Of a stretch of 63,216 nucleotides of DNA, positions 28,438-38,853 are shown piece by piece. Origin of the DNA: Bacillota bacterium (lineage in GTDB: Bacteria; Bacillota; Dethiobacteria; DTU022); the NCBI GenBank assembly GCA_012799185.1, contig JAAZLS010000009.1, positions 1-63,216 of the forward strand. Direction: 5' to 3'. The notes under the pieces were generated by a model that searched no databases, was not told the origin of the DNA, and was given only the letters and a program-made list of their open reading frames with translations. Both the position numbers and the translations under genes were made by a program. Position 1 is the first letter of the stretch. Each line of letters starts with the position of its first letter.

Positions 28438-31038
28438 ATGGATCTGAACCGTTTTACAGAGAAAAGTCGGGAGGCCTTATTTGCCGCCCAACAGGCCGCC
28501 AGCGAAAGAGACCACCAGCTGGTCGGGACCGGTCATCTTTTAGCGGCCTTGCTGGAGCAGGAGGGGGGTATTACCCCCCGTTTTTTAGAGGAGGCCGGGG
28601 TCAACAGGGAGAGACTAGGTTCGGAGCTGGAACAACTGCTTGCCCGGATTCCCCGGGTAACCGGATATAAAAGCCCCGTGCAACTCGATCCGGTCCTGGC
28701 CCGGGTTTTAACCCGGGCGGAGAGCGAGGCACAGCAATTTAAAGATGAATATATCAGTGCGGAGCACCTGCTCCTGGCCCTGTTGGAAGAAGGCGAAGGG
28801 GAGTTAAAAAATATTTTGCAGCGGGCGGGCCTGAACCGGGAGGCACTGCTCCAGGCTTTCCGCCGGGTACGCGGTAGTCAACGGATCACCAGCGAAAATC
28901 CGGAGGGGACTTACGAGGCGTTGCTTCGCTATGGGCGGGATCTCACCGCCCTGGCAACCCAGGGGAAGCTGGACCCGGTTATCGGACGGGATGAAGAAAT
29001 CCGACGGGTCATTGAAATCCTTTCCCGGCGTACCAAGAATAACCCGGTCTTAATTGGTGAACCGGGGGTAGGCAAAACTGCCATCGTGGAGGGCCTGGCC
29101 CGGCGCATTGTAGCCCGGGATATTCCGGAAGGGTTAAAGGAGAAAAAGGTCATTGCCTTGGATATGGGTTCACTAATTGCCGGGGCCAAGTATCGAGGTG
29201 AATTTGAGGAACGCTTAAAGGCAGTCTTAAAAGAGGTGCAGGAGGCGGAGGGCCAGGTTATCCTCTTCCTCGATGAGCTCCATACGGTGGTCGGCGCTGG
29301 GGCAGCGGAGGGGGCGCTCGATGCCGGCAATATACTTAAGCCGATGCTGGCCCGGGGAGAGCTGCGGGCGGTCGGTGCCACTACCCTGGATGAGTACCGC
29401 AAACATATTGAAAAAGATGCCGCCCTAGAGAGGCGTTTTCAGCCCATTTTAGTCCAGCCCCCTTCGGTGGAAGATACGGTCTCCATCCTGCGGGGGCTAA
29501 AGGAGCGCTACGAGGTGCACCACGGGGTTCGGATTCAAGATGCAGCACTGATCGCGGCGGCAGTCATGTCGGATCGATACATCAGCGATCGTTTCCTACC
29601 CGATAAGGCTATCGATTTAATCGATGAGGCGGCAGCCCGCCTGCGGACACAGATTGACAGCCTACCGACCGCCTTGGACGAGATTAAGCGGCGGGTGATG
29701 CAACTGGAGATCGAAGAGGCCGCCCTGAAAAAAGAAGAGGATCCAGCCTCGGCAGAGCGCCTGGCCCGGCTCCAGAAAGAACTGGCGGGGCTACGGGAAG
29801 AGGCGGAGGCCATGGAGGCCCAGTGGCAGGCAGAAAAAAATAGTATCGGGCAGGTGCGGGCAATTAAGAAGGAAATCGAGGAGGTTCGCACCGCCATCGA
29901 ACAGGCTGAACGGGAGTATGATCTTAACCGGGCGGCCGAACTAAAATACGGTCGTTTGAACGAGCTGGAGCAGCGCCTAAAGGAAGTGGAGAAGCGGCTG
30001 GCGAAGGAACAGGAGCAGACCATGCTCTTGCATGAAGAGGTAGGCGAGGAGGAGATAGCCCAGGTAGTTAGCCGCTGGACCGGGATCCCCGTAAGCCGCC
30101 TGCGGACGGGTGAAATGGAAAAGCTGCTTCACCTGGAGGAGACCTTACATAAACGGGTAATCGGCCAGGAGGAGGCGGTGCGGGCGGTGGCCGACGCGGT
30201 CCTACGGGCCCGCAGTGGTATTAAAGATCCCCGTCGGCCGGTGGGTAGCTTTATCTTTCTCGGCCCGACAGGGGTAGGAAAGACCGAGCTTAGCCGGGCC
30301 CTGGCAGAGAACCTTTTCGATGACGAACGCAATATGATCCGCCTGGATATGTCCGAATATATGGAGAAACATACGGTGGCCCGCCTGGTGGGAGCACCTC
30401 CGGGCTACGTGGGCTATGACGAGGGGGGACAGTTAACGGAGGCGGTACGGCGCAAACCATACAGCGTTCTTCTTTTAGACGAGATCGAAAAGGCTCACCC
30501 CGATGTCTTTAACATGCTTTTGCAAATTTTAGATGATGGGCGACTTACCGATGGCCAGGGCCGTACGGTCGATTTTCGCCAGACCATTATTATCATGACC
30601 TCCAATATCGGCGGCAAAGAGATCCTGGAATTCCAGGAGCAAGGAGGCGGGTTCGAGGAGATGAAGGCGAAGGTATTGGCCTTATTGCGACAGTATTTCC
30701 GTCCCGAATTTCTGAACCGGGTAGATGAGACCATCGTTTTCCAGGCGTTGGAGCGGGAACAGATCGGCAAAATTACTGAACTGCTGCTAGAGCGACTGGC
30801 CCGGCGGGTGGAACGGGGGGCCGGTATAACCCTTAAATGGGATCAACCGGTGCTGGAGTACCTGGCCGATCGGGGGTATGATCCGGCTTTCGGGGCCCGT
30901 CCCCTGCGGCGGGCTATCCAGAGTGCGGTAGAGACTCCCCTCGCCCGGCGGATCATCGCCGGTGAGATCGGTGATGGGCGAACAGTTATCCTTCAGGCCG
31001 GTCCCACGGGCTTGGAGATTACAGGTGGAAGCAGGTGA
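28438..31038 (+). CDS. clpB: ATP-dependent chaperone ClpB
   Basis: A Clp_N repeat, NBD1 GEPGVGKTA, a long coiled-coil M-domain, NBD2 GPTGVGKTE and the GARPLRR sensor are present. The ATG at 28438 is preferred over the TTG at 28435. Confidence 0.96.
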   Translation: MDLNRFTEKSREALFAAQQAASERDHQLVGTGHLLAALLEQEGGITPRFLEEAGVNRERLGSELEQLLARIPRVTGYKSPVQLDPVLARVLTRAESEAQQFKDEYISAEHLLLALLEEGEGELKNILQRAGLNREALLQAFRRVRGSQRITSENPEGTYEALLRYGRDLTALATQGKLDPVIGRDEEIRRVIEILSRRTKNNPVLIGEPGVGKTAIVEGLARRIVARDIPEGLKEKKVIALDMGSLIAGAKYRGEFEERLKAVLKEVQEAEGQVILFLDELHTVVGAGAAEGALDAGNILKPMLARGELRAVGATTLDEYRKHIEKDAALERRFQPILVQPPSVEDTVSILRGLKERYEVHHGVRIQDAALIAAAVMSDRYISDRFLPDKAIDLIDEAAARLRTQIDSLPTALDEIKRRVMQLEIEEAALKKEEDPASAERLARLQKELAGLREEAEAMEAQWQAEKNSIGQVRAIKKEIEEVRTAIEQAEREYDLNRAAELKYGRLNELEQRLKEVEKRLAKEQEQTMLLHEEVGEEEIAQVVSRWTGIPVSRLRTGEMEKLLHLEETLHKRVIGQEEAVRAVADAVLRARSGIKDPRRPVGSFIFLGPTGVGKTELSRALAENLFDDERNMIRLDMSEYMEKHTVARLVGAPPGYVGYDEGGQLTEAVRRKPYSVLLLDEIEKAHPDVFNMLLQILDDGRLTDGQGRTVDFRQTIIIMTSNIGGKEILEFQEQGGGFEEMKAKVLALLRQYFRPEFLNRVDETIVFQALEREQIGKITELLLERLARRVERGAGITLKWDQPVLEYLADRGYDPAFGARPLRRAIQSAVETPLARRIIAGEIGDGRTVILQAGPTGLEITGGSR

Positions 31039-31045
31039 TACAGCT

Positions 31046-31375
31046 ATGGCACTATTAAAAAAAATAGCCCTCTTTTCTACCGGTAAACCGGAGGAGACCG
31101 GCGAAAAAAATGGCTGCGTAAAGATAAAGGGTAATTTTTACGGGAAGCTCAGGGGCTGCTGCCGGGTAGTGATTAGCGATACAGGTTCATTAAAGGGGGA
31201 GATCAGCGCCCGGGTGCTGGAGGTATACGGTGCCGCCGAGGGTAAGGTGAGCGTTGATGATTTACTGATCCATTCGACGGGACAACTCCATTATCAAACA
31301 ATCTCCTACAGGAATCTTAACCTGGAGGAGGGAGGAGTATTAAAAAAACTCCACGGCGGCAACGGTAGCCACTAG
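31046..31375 (+). CDS. bactofilin-like (DUF583) polymer-forming protein
   Basis: The start is set at the internal ATG after the clpB stop. The repetitive beta-helix-like pattern G.F.G.L.....V.I...G.L.GEI.A..LEV.G...G.V is seen. Confidence 0.55.
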   Translation: MALLKKIALFSTGKPEETGEKNGCVKIKGNFYGKLRGCCRVVISDTGSLKGEISARVLEVYGAAEGKVSVDDLLIHSTGQLHYQTISYRNLNLEEGGVLKKLHGGNGSH

Positions 31376-31466
31376 AGTTTACCATTACCAGTATAAACAG
31401 GATGGAATAAAGAATTCGTGGCGGGCCACCCTAGTAGAGAAATATAGTGCTAGGGAGGTCTTTTTT

Positions 31467-31733
31467 ATGCCTGAAGTCAGGTGCAAGGTAGATAGCTGTG
31501 TATTTTGGGGAAAGGGAGATCACTGTACCGCCTCCGAGATCTGGGTCAACCATAACATGGAGAGCGATGAGTACGATGAGCTACATGCCCTGGGCGGCTT
31601 CGGCCTGGAGTTGGCCGATGATATGGAGAGCATCAGCGACGAAGGGAAGCCCTTAACCTCAAGGCAGACCTGCTGTGAAACCATGCGACCGAAGGAGAGG
31701 ATAGGAGGCGGTGGGGGAGGCTGCTGCAGATAG
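31467..31733 (+). CDS. DUF1540 domain protein
   Basis: VRCKVDSCVFWGKGDHCTASEIWV matches the Cys-rich DUF1540 repeat common in sporeformers. The C-terminal tail is GGGGGGCCR. Confidence 0.55.
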   Translation: MPEVRCKVDSCVFWGKGDHCTASEIWVNHNMESDEYDELHALGGFGLELADDMESISDEGKPLTSRQTCCETMRPKERIGGGGGGCCR

Positions 31734-31760
31734 GACGGTAGCCGGGGACAGGTTGAACTG

Positions 31761-31788
31761 GGAGCAGATATACTGCTCCTTTTTTTTT
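31761..31788 (+). terminator. intrinsic terminator after DUF1540 gene
   Basis: GGAGCAG-atata-CTGCTCC followed by T9. Confidence 0.85.
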
Positions 31789-31850
31789 GTTGGCGATTAC
31801 CATTTCTGGTATAATTATAATTATGATCCCCGGGGAGGAGGAAAAATTTT

Positions 31851-33887
31851 TTGCTAAACTTAGGCAGTCGTTCAGCCGGTACATTCACGATCCACTTACT
31901 GCTTCCATTTTTGCTAATCTGGTTGCTCTTTAGTGATGGCTGCACCTCGATTCCCCCGGGGTTGACCGCGGAGGAGTTTTACCGATTATGGGGCAAAAAA
32001 GAATTCGCGGCCATGTACGAACTTTTAGACAACACCTCCCGCTCACTTTATCCGAAAGAGGATTTTATTAATCGTTACAGGGATATAACCGATGAGATCG
32101 GCCTTGACTCGGTAGAGATCAAGGGAATCGAAGAGATAGAGTCCACCGCCGGGGCGGCGGTATTTCTTATCTCGGCCAACCTTAAAACAGCGACAACCGG
32201 ATCGCTTCCGGTTCAATACCGGGTGGCAATTAGCCGCAAAAAAAGAAGGGATCCCTGGAGACTAAAATGGCATCCCGGCTTGATTTTCCCCCCGCTGGAT
32301 GAGCACTCCCGGGTAGAGTTAAAGTTTAGTGGCTCTCCCCGGCGGGGCCTGATTACCGATCGCCACGGTGAAATCCTGGCCGGCCCCCGCCGGTTTAAAG
32401 AGGTGGGGGCGGTTCCCGGGGTCTATGAAGACGAAGGGCCCTTCGTGACGGCGCTGGAAAAACTGCTAAAACTTGATTCCCAATACATTCTCGAACAATT
32501 GCATCAACCCTGGGTTAGCGAAGGTCTCTATGTCCCCCTCACCGTTCTTGCTCCCGAGGAGGAAAAATTAATCGATCGGCTTCTTCAGATCCCCGGGGTA
32601 ATGATTAACGAGGTGGAACGCCGCTATTATCCGCTCGGGGCGGCAACGGCCCACCTGATCGGCTATCTAGGGGAGGTTACCGCCCAGGAACTGGAGGATA
32701 ACCGGGGTAAAGGGCTTCATGCTGGCGACCTAATCGGTAAAACCGGCCTGGAGGCCACCCAGGAGGAAAACCTGGCCGGAAAAAGGGGTTATACCCTGCG
32801 CATTCTAGGCACCGATGGGGGCGAAGCGGCGGTGATAGCCCACCAGGAACCGGTAGACGGTCAAGATGTGGCTCTCTCTATCGACTCCGCGTTGCAAAAA
32901 TATGCCGCTGAGGCCCTGGGAGATAGGAGGGGGGCGCTAGTCGCCCTCGATCCGCGCACTGGCGAAATACGGGCCCTCTGCAGCAGTCCCGCATTCGATC
33001 CCAACCGTTTTATAGCCGGGCTAAGCGCCGCCGAATGGAACAGGCTGCAGGAGGAGGAGGCCGGTCTATTTTTAAACCGAGCCCTCTCCGGAATTTACCC
33101 GCCTGGCTCGGTTTTAAAACCCCTAACTGCCGCTGCAGCGATAGCCGAGGGGTTCCTTGACCCGGAAGAAATGATTGAAATAACCGGGGACCGGTGGCAA
33201 CCCGATCCATCCTGGGGCGATTACTATATCCGGCGTGTGCGGCCCGATGTGGAACAACTGGACCTGGACCGGGCGATGAAATACTCGGATAATATCTATT
33301 TTGCCCGGGCCGCGCTGGCCCTGGGTAAAGGTAAATTTAAAGAATACAGTGAGCGTTTTGGTTTTACTCGCTCCCTCCCTTTTCCCCTGCCGGTGGCTCT
33401 CTCCCGGCTCGCCCCCGATGAAATAAAGTCGAAGATACAGCTGGCCGACAGCGGCTACGGCCAGGGGCAGGTGATGGCTACTCCGTTGCAGATGGCCCTG
33501 GTCTACAGTGCTTTTGCCGGGGAGGGCTCCATCCCAAAACCAAGACTGCTCCAGGAGGAAGAGGCGGCAATATTTGAGGAGGCGGTGAAACCAGGGGTGG
33601 CACAAAGGGTTCATCAGGCCCTGGTAGAGGCCCTTCACGGGGCCGGCGCCCCCTCTGCCGCCGGAAGAATTACTAATTTTAAAGTAGCCGGCAAGACCGG
33701 TACCGCCGAGATCGACCGGGAAAAAGGAAATATCTGTTGGTATATTACCTATGGCCCGGCGGATTCACCATCACTGGTGGTGGCGGTCGTGCTTGAAGGA
33801 GGAGCCATGGCCTCCACCGATGCCCTCCCGGTTGGCCGGGCGGTACTGAAATATCACCTTTTGAAAGCAAAAAACAACTTCCGATAA
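31851..33887 (+). CDS. class B penicillin-binding protein with NTF2-like (MecA_N) N-domain
   Basis: SxxK is GSVLKP, SxN is YSDN and KTG is AGKTGTAE. An N-terminal signal anchor and a MecA_N-like segment (EEFYRLWGKKEFAAMYELL) are present. Confidence 0.85.
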   Translation: MLNLGSRSAGTFTIHLLLPFLLIWLLFSDGCTSIPPGLTAEEFYRLWGKKEFAAMYELLDNTSRSLYPKEDFINRYRDITDEIGLDSVEIKGIEEIESTAGAAVFLISANLKTATTGSLPVQYRVAISRKKRRDPWRLKWHPGLIFPPLDEHSRVELKFSGSPRRGLITDRHGEILAGPRRFKEVGAVPGVYEDEGPFVTALEKLLKLDSQYILEQLHQPWVSEGLYVPLTVLAPEEEKLIDRLLQIPGVMINEVERRYYPLGAATAHLIGYLGEVTAQELEDNRGKGLHAGDLIGKTGLEATQEENLAGKRGYTLRILGTDGGEAAVIAHQEPVDGQDVALSIDSALQKYAAEALGDRRGALVALDPRTGEIRALCSSPAFDPNRFIAGLSAAEWNRLQEEEAGLFLNRALSGIYPPGSVLKPLTAAAAIAEGFLDPEEMIEITGDRWQPDPSWGDYYIRRVRPDVEQLDLDRAMKYSDNIYFARAALALGKGKFKEYSERFGFTRSLPFPLPVALSRLAPDEIKSKIQLADSGYGQGQVMATPLQMALVYSAFAGEGSIPKPRLLQEEEAAIFEEAVKPGVAQRVHQALVEALHGAGAPSAAGRITNFKVAGKTGTAEIDREKGNICWYITYGPADSPSLVVAVVLEGGAMASTDALPVGRAVLKYHLLKAKNNFR

Positions 33888-33920
33888 TATATCTTATGTA
33901 AACTAAGGGGTTTTAAAAAA

Positions 33921-33957
33921 CTTTCCGGGCTGTAAAACCTGGAAAGTATGTTATTTT
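33921..33957. terminator. hairpin between convergent PBP gene and small membrane gene
   Basis: CTTTCC-gggctgtaaaacct-GGAAAG followed by a T-rich tract (tatgttattttt). Confidence 0.45.
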
Positions 33958-33964
33958 TGCGTAA

Positions 33965-34225
33965 CTACAATTTTTTGCCCCTGACACCGGCAATGGTGCT
34001 CCTGGTACCTGAGAATAACCCAATGGAGGATAACCCCAACACGGTTCCCATCATTAATGCCCTCTTAAAATCATCGGGTGATAGGTAATAAAAGGCAAAA
34101 AAATATCCCATTGCCATCGAACTTAAGGGCACAAAACGGGCCGGTAATCCGGAACGTTTCAGTAACTCGTTTAACCCTACCAGTACCGGGACTAGGGTTA
34201 TTCCGTAGACTGTAAACTGATCCAT
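33965..34225 (-). CDS. small two/three-TM membrane protein (holin-like topology), function unknown
   Basis: An 86-aa protein with hydrophobic segments and a basic C-terminus (GVRGKKL). No family could be assigned by eye. Confidence 0.35.
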   Translation of the reverse strand: MDQFTVYGITLVPVLVGLNELLKRSGLPARFVPLSSMAMGYFFAFYYLSPDDFKRALMMGTVLGLSSIGLFSGTRSTIAGVRGKKL

Positions 34226-34299
34226 AATTTTCCCCGCCTCTGTTAAAAAGCTCTTTGCTCCAGCCTATGTCCCGGTGATAGTGATTAGAACTGAGTGTA

Positions 34300-34743
34300 T
34301 CAATCTCCTTGAAATTCGATTTCCTTTAAATGCTGCTTATAGATAGAGCGAGACGGCTTCTTTAATGAGGGCAGCATACGCATAAATATATGCACCGGAC
34401 CCCGGGCGACAATCTGCCGCCGGGTCAAAGCTGTAATCATATCCAGGGAACCGCTCCAGCAGCGATGGGCGATATCCGCCTCCATGACTAAAGTTAGATC
34501 CGGCTCCAGGTCCGATTTGCCACAGTAAACCTTGAAATAACCGTTTTCCTGGCAGATATTTTTTGCATCAATGGTGATTTCAGAAGCGGGATTATCAAAC
34601 TGGTACTTTATGATCAGCCCGCAGTACTTGTATTTCGGCCCAATTTCTTCATGCATACTTATTTTTTTAATAAATTCTCCGATACACCGGTACAGATGCT
34701 GTTCATCTTTAAACACAGTTGCCAATTTAATCCCTCCTACCAT
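34300..34743 (-). CDS. SCP2 sterol-carrier-like domain protein
   Basis: The C-terminal pattern D..L.M.A.......G.L....A...R.I...G.......M..L resembles the SCP-2 fold. The call is weak and by eye. Confidence 0.4.
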   Translation of the reverse strand: MVGGIKLATVFKDEQHLYRCIGEFIKKISMHEEIGPKYKYCGLIIKYQFDNPASEITIDAKNICQENGYFKVYCGKSDLEPDLTLVMEADIAHRCWSGSLDMITALTRRQIVARGPVHIFMRMLPSLKKPSRSIYKQHLKEIEFQGD

Positions 34744-34983
34744 TTATATTTTCTACGGTCTACTCTATTTAATTCCCTAACCGGGTTACTACCTATTATG
34801 ACCCATTACCATCTTATTCAGGCCCGTATGATGGTATGAATAGTTTCCACATTATTTCCATAATTCCTGCCATAGATTAAATTTATTCTAGTACAACTCT
34901 TTAGTTAACTTAGATATATCATAAACCCGATCTTTAATCAACAGTTATAAATTATAGCTTTTAGGCAAAAGGAGTGTTATAAT

Positions 34984-36216
34984 TTGCATATGAAGATAAA
35001 GCGTACCCTGATAATAATATTTTCCCTGGTGGTACTGGCCCTTTTAGCCGGCTATCTCCTGGATCTACCCTGGTTTTCCGCTCTTTGGGCATCTACTCCC
35101 GGGCCTCCCCCTCCCATCGAAGAGCCGGAGCCCCCGCCGGAACCGACCCCCGATATACGCACCGCCCGGTTGGTCGCGGCCGGCGATATAATAGTGCATT
35201 TAACCCAGGTCGAACAGGCCTTTGCCGGTGGTAGTTATGATTTTACCCCCAGTTTTAGCTTTATAACTCCTAGCCTGCAATCGGCCGATTTAACAGTAGG
35301 CAATTTTGAGACCGTCCTAGCCGGTCCCGAGCGGGGTTATAGCGGTTATCCCGCCTTTAATACCCCGGATGAACTGGCGCAAAATCTAAAACAGGCCGGG
35401 TTTGATCTCCTCTCTACCGCCAATAACCATAGCCTGGATATGGGCATTAATGGCCTATTTAGAACGATTGACTGTTTGGAAGAGGCCGGCCTGGTCACCT
35501 TCGGCACCTACCGCCAGCCGGAGGAGCGCACGCCCCTGCTGGTGGAGGTAAACGGTATTAATCTATTTTTTACCGCCTATACGGAGTCGACCAACGGTAT
35601 TCCGGTGCCCGACGGGTACGATTACGCCATTAATTATATCCCAAATTTTAATATCCTGGATCCGATTATCAATGAGATAACCGTCGCCCGGGAAAAGGGG
35701 GCCGATCTGGTGATTGTTTACATGCACTGGGGCCACGAATACCACGTGCAACCTACCGATTTTCACCGGGACCTGGCCCGGCAGCTGGCTATAGCCGGGG
35801 CCGATATGATTATTGGTGGCCATCCACATGTAATGCAACCCCTGGAGTGGATCACCGTGGAGACGGATGACGGACCACCGCGGCAAGTGCTGGTCGCCTA
35901 CTCCTTGGGCAATTTTATCTCCAACCAGTTCCACTGGGTCCCTTACATTCCAACCCCCAAGGTCCAGTACGGCCTGCTGCTGGATGTGGAGATTTCCAAG
36001 GATATGGAGAGCGGCCTAACCCGGCTTAGCCGGGCCGACTATGATATCACCTGGGTTCACCGCAACTGGCGCCACCGGATACTGCCTCTCTCAGAGGTCC
36101 TTTCCTCCACTGCGCTGGACCAGTATAATCTTACCGAAGAGGAGCTGAGGGCCATCAAGGCCGAATACGACTGCCTTCGCGAGGAGATATTAGAGAAGTA
36201 TAATTTTAGCGATTAA
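34984..36216 (+). CDS. CapA-family (PGA_cap) metallophosphoesterase-like protein
   Basis: A signal anchor, then VAAGDIIVH, VGNFETVL, STANNHSLDMG, YMHWGHEY and GGHPHV, which are CapA/PgsA motifs. Confidence 0.8.
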   Translation: MHMKIKRTLIIIFSLVVLALLAGYLLDLPWFSALWASTPGPPPPIEEPEPPPEPTPDIRTARLVAAGDIIVHLTQVEQAFAGGSYDFTPSFSFITPSLQSADLTVGNFETVLAGPERGYSGYPAFNTPDELAQNLKQAGFDLLSTANNHSLDMGINGLFRTIDCLEEAGLVTFGTYRQPEERTPLLVEVNGINLFFTAYTESTNGIPVPDGYDYAINYIPNFNILDPIINEITVAREKGADLVIVYMHWGHEYHVQPTDFHRDLARQLAIAGADMIIGGHPHVMQPLEWITVETDDGPPRQVLVAYSLGNFISNQFHWVPYIPTPKVQYGLLLDVEISKDMESGLTRLSRADYDITWVHRNWRHRILPLSEVLSSTALDQYNLTEEELRAIKAEYDCLREEILEKYNFSD

Positions 36217-36245
36217 CCGCAGTCGGAATTAATGAACCGGAGAAG

Positions 36246-37403
36246 ATGATATTGAAAATAGCATTTTTTACCGATAGTTTTCGACCCTATACCAGTGGCG
36301 TCGTTCGTTCAATTGAACTGTTCGCCCGGGAGTTTACAGCCCGGGGCCACGAGGTCTTTATATTCGGTCCCGATTACCCCCTTCTTCACTGTCCTCCCGA
36401 AAAAAAAGTATTCCGCTTTATCTCTATTCCTGCCCCCACCATGCCCGACTTTGCTTTACCGATCCCTATTTCAATTAATTTAGGACCCACTATTCGCCGG
36501 ATTGGACTGGATATTATTCATGTCCATTCACCTTTTCTATTGGGCCGGCTGGGTGCTCGGGCTGCCCGGCGCTATAAACTGCCCCTGGTATTTACCTTCC
36601 ACACCCTCTACGATCAATATGTCCATTACCTTCCCCTCGGTGAGGAACCGGCCCGGCGCCTGGTTCGTTCAATCAGCCGGGATTTTTGCAACAAATACTG
36701 CCGCCTGGTGATTTCCCCCTCCCGAACGGTTGCAAACCACCTTCGTACCTTGGGCGTCAAGGTACCGGTACGGACCATTCCGACCGGAGTAGATCTTAAT
36801 GAATTTAGCAATGCTGATCCCCGGTGGTTAAAAGAGAGCTACAACCTGGATAATAGAAGTAGAGTCCTATTATTTGTAGGCCGCCTGGGAAAAGAGAAAA
36901 ACGTGCCTTTTTTAATCAAGGCCTTTGCCCAAGCCGCCCGCACGGTTCCTAATATTCACCTGGTCCTGGTCGGCAAAGGGCCGTTGAAGAGCCAGCTCCG
37001 CCAGCTGGTCCGGGAATTGGAGCTTGACGGCAAGGTGACTTTCACCGGAATGCTCAACAGGAAAAAGGTAGCCCACTGCTATGCGGGAGCGGATCTATTT
37101 GTTTTTCCATCGGTTACCGAGACCCAGGGGCTGGTTATCGGCGAGGCAAAAACCCGGGGATTGCCAACCATAGCGGTAAAAGCTTTCGGCGCAGCCGAGA
37201 TGGTGAAACACATGGAGGATGGGCTATTAACCGGTCCCTCGATTAACTCCTTCGCCGAAGCGATAATTCAATTGTTGCAAGAAGATCATCTCTATCAAAA
37301 GATGCGTAAAAAGGCCCGCGAAAACGCCACCCTTTACTCCTCCTCCCACTTTGCTGGGCAGATGTTGGCCACCTACAAGGAACTCATCGCGAACCCGGTT
37401 TAA
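36246..37403 (+). CDS. GT4-family glycosyltransferase
   Basis: An N-terminal Glyco_trans_4 segment (FFTDSFRPYTSGV) and a C-terminal GT1 motif (FVFPSVTETQGLVIGEA, the E-x7-E region). Confidence 0.8.
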   Translation: MILKIAFFTDSFRPYTSGVVRSIELFAREFTARGHEVFIFGPDYPLLHCPPEKKVFRFISIPAPTMPDFALPIPISINLGPTIRRIGLDIIHVHSPFLLGRLGARAARRYKLPLVFTFHTLYDQYVHYLPLGEEPARRLVRSISRDFCNKYCRLVISPSRTVANHLRTLGVKVPVRTIPTGVDLNEFSNADPRWLKESYNLDNRSRVLLFVGRLGKEKNVPFLIKAFAQAARTVPNIHLVLVGKGPLKSQLRQLVRELELDGKVTFTGMLNRKKVAHCYAGADLFVFPSVTETQGLVIGEAKTRGLPTIAVKAFGAAEMVKHMEDGLLTGPSINSFAEAIIQLLQEDHLYQKMRKKARENATLYSSSHFAGQMLATYKELIANPV

Positions 37404-37416
37404 TCTACTCCCAGGG

Positions 37417-38853
37417 TTAATTTAACCAAAGCTGTTTCGTCCGTTCGGTAATCGGCCGGTGATAGAACAAAAGTATGGCCGGAATCAACAGAAACAGTAG
37501 ACGCCCGAAGATCGTGTTGGCAAATAAGATCAGTGCGCCCAGCCAGCGGTTCCTACCGCTATAAATACCCCGGATTGCCTCCCTGTCCACGGTTTTAATC
37601 ATGGCCCCGGTTTCGGACAGGGGGGGGTAATTGTCGATATCGACCCGGTATAACCCCTTCTCTATACCGATCACCCGCTCCACATAGGTAACATAGTGTT
37701 CCTCGAATAAAATGATCTGGCCAACTTCAACCTTGTCGTCGGGTTCAATCTGTTTAAAATAAACCAGATCATTGAGCATGATTTCCGGCTCCATGGTAGA
37801 AGACTTAAATATATAGGGAATTGTTCCCCGGAAGGAGACCTCCCTTCCCAGGGTAGAGGCATTAATCGCTAGAATTACCAGATTAAAAGAGAGGGCGGCC
37901 AGGATGAAGAGAATCAAGAACGAAACAGAGGCAACATCGAATATTTTGCGACGACGGGCCTGTCTCTTTCCATTGCCCAAGGCTCTCCCCCGCCCAGTTT
38001 TGGGGTCGATCAATACCACCCGCTCCCCGGGTGTTAGTATCCCATCATAACCGGTATCGGGTAGATAGTAGTACTTGGATATATTGCGGGCCATGACTAT
38101 ACAGACCAGGATAAATACAGAGACAATTGCCGCTGCTGCCGGTAGAAACGGTGAGCGACCGATATCAAATAGGTTGTAGAGATTTTGCATTGCGACCCGG
38201 TTTGACAGGATCGAATAATAGCCCAATTTTATTTTTAGTATTATTAATAGGATAAAGGAGAAGGCAATAAAATAGCGGGCACCGGTTATGGACTTAACAA
38301 AAGTTGAGAGGGTCATGGAGATAATAATCATAATAATGAGATCAATCAACCCGGCTAGGTACAGGGAGGGAAAATAGGCCGGGATCAGGCTATATTTTAA
38401 GAAATATGTCATAAAGGCCGTGAAGAAAAAACCTATGGTGTAAACAAATATTGTTGATAGCAGCAAGGCGGTCAACTTGGAAAAGATCATGGTTAGCGGA
38501 TTATAGCCCATCTTAACCAAGAGGTACCAGGAGTTTTGCTTTATCTCATAAAAAAAGAGGGAGTCATAGTTCAAAATATAGTAAAAGATATTTAAAACCA
38601 GGGCCACGTGGATATAGATATAGAGGGTTGAAAAATAGCTAGGCTGCATAATTTGCGGGATCGCCTCCAGGAGCACACTCTCCCTCAGCGGTTGAGCAGC
38701 AAAGAAAACTGCGAAGGAGATAAGACCTAAAAAGAGAGCAAAGACCACCCTTTGCTTGCTACTGACTATATTTTCCGTATAGCCCTGGCGCAGCTCTTTA
38801 CTAAAATAGCTGTGCTTATAAATCATATTGCCGGTCAATCTCCTCGTAGGCAT
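37417..38853 (-). CDS. polytopic membrane protein fused to a SipW-like (S26B) signal-peptidase domain with substituted catalytic residues
   Basis: About 6 TM segments span residues 35-265, followed by a basic linker, a TM anchor, an S26-like domain (KSSTMEPEIMLNDLVYF...VTYVERVIGI...YRVDIDNYP) and a C-terminal TM. Compared with the neighbouring SipW (SGSMEP / THRII / KGDN), the nucleophile Ser is Thr (ACC, 37795-37797) and the His is Glu (GAG, 37678-37680). An alternative start is the ATG at 38826. Confidence 0.6.
   Translation of the reverse strand: MPTRRLTGNMIYKHSYFSKELRQGYTENIVSSKQRVVFALFLGLISFAVFFAAQPLRESVLLEAIPQIMQPSYFSTLYIYIHVALVLNIFYYILNYDSLFFYEIKQNSWYLLVKMGYNPLTMIFSKLTALLLSTIFVYTIGFFFTAFMTYFLKYSLIPAYFPSLYLAGLIDLIIMIIISMTLSTFVKSITGARYFIAFSFILLIILKIKLGYYSILSNRVAMQNLYNLFDIGRSPFLPAAAAIVSVFILVCIVMARNISKYYYLPDTGYDGILTPGERVVLIDPKTGRGRALGNGKRQARRRKIFDVASVSFLILFILAALSFNLVILAINASTLGREVSFRGTIPYIFKSSTMEPEIMLNDLVYFKQIEPDDKVEVGQIILFEEHYVTYVERVIGIEKGLYRVDIDNYPPLSETGAMIKTVDREAIRGIYSGRNRWLGALILFANTIFGRLLFLLIPAILLFYHRPITERTKQLWLN

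Noticed and set aside
29535-30023. Long antisense ORFs inside clpB, with similar shadow ORFs at 4244-4706, 17139-17591, 28929-29402 and 33123-33638.
   Set aside because: These are Arg/Ser/Pro-rich translations typical of shadow frames opposite GC-rich, strongly supported genes. None has an independent motif or RBS.
33965-34225. A holin-like small membrane protein as a hint of a prophage remnant.
   Set aside because: No endolysin, integrase, capsid or other phage genes are in the vicinity. Topology alone is insufficient.
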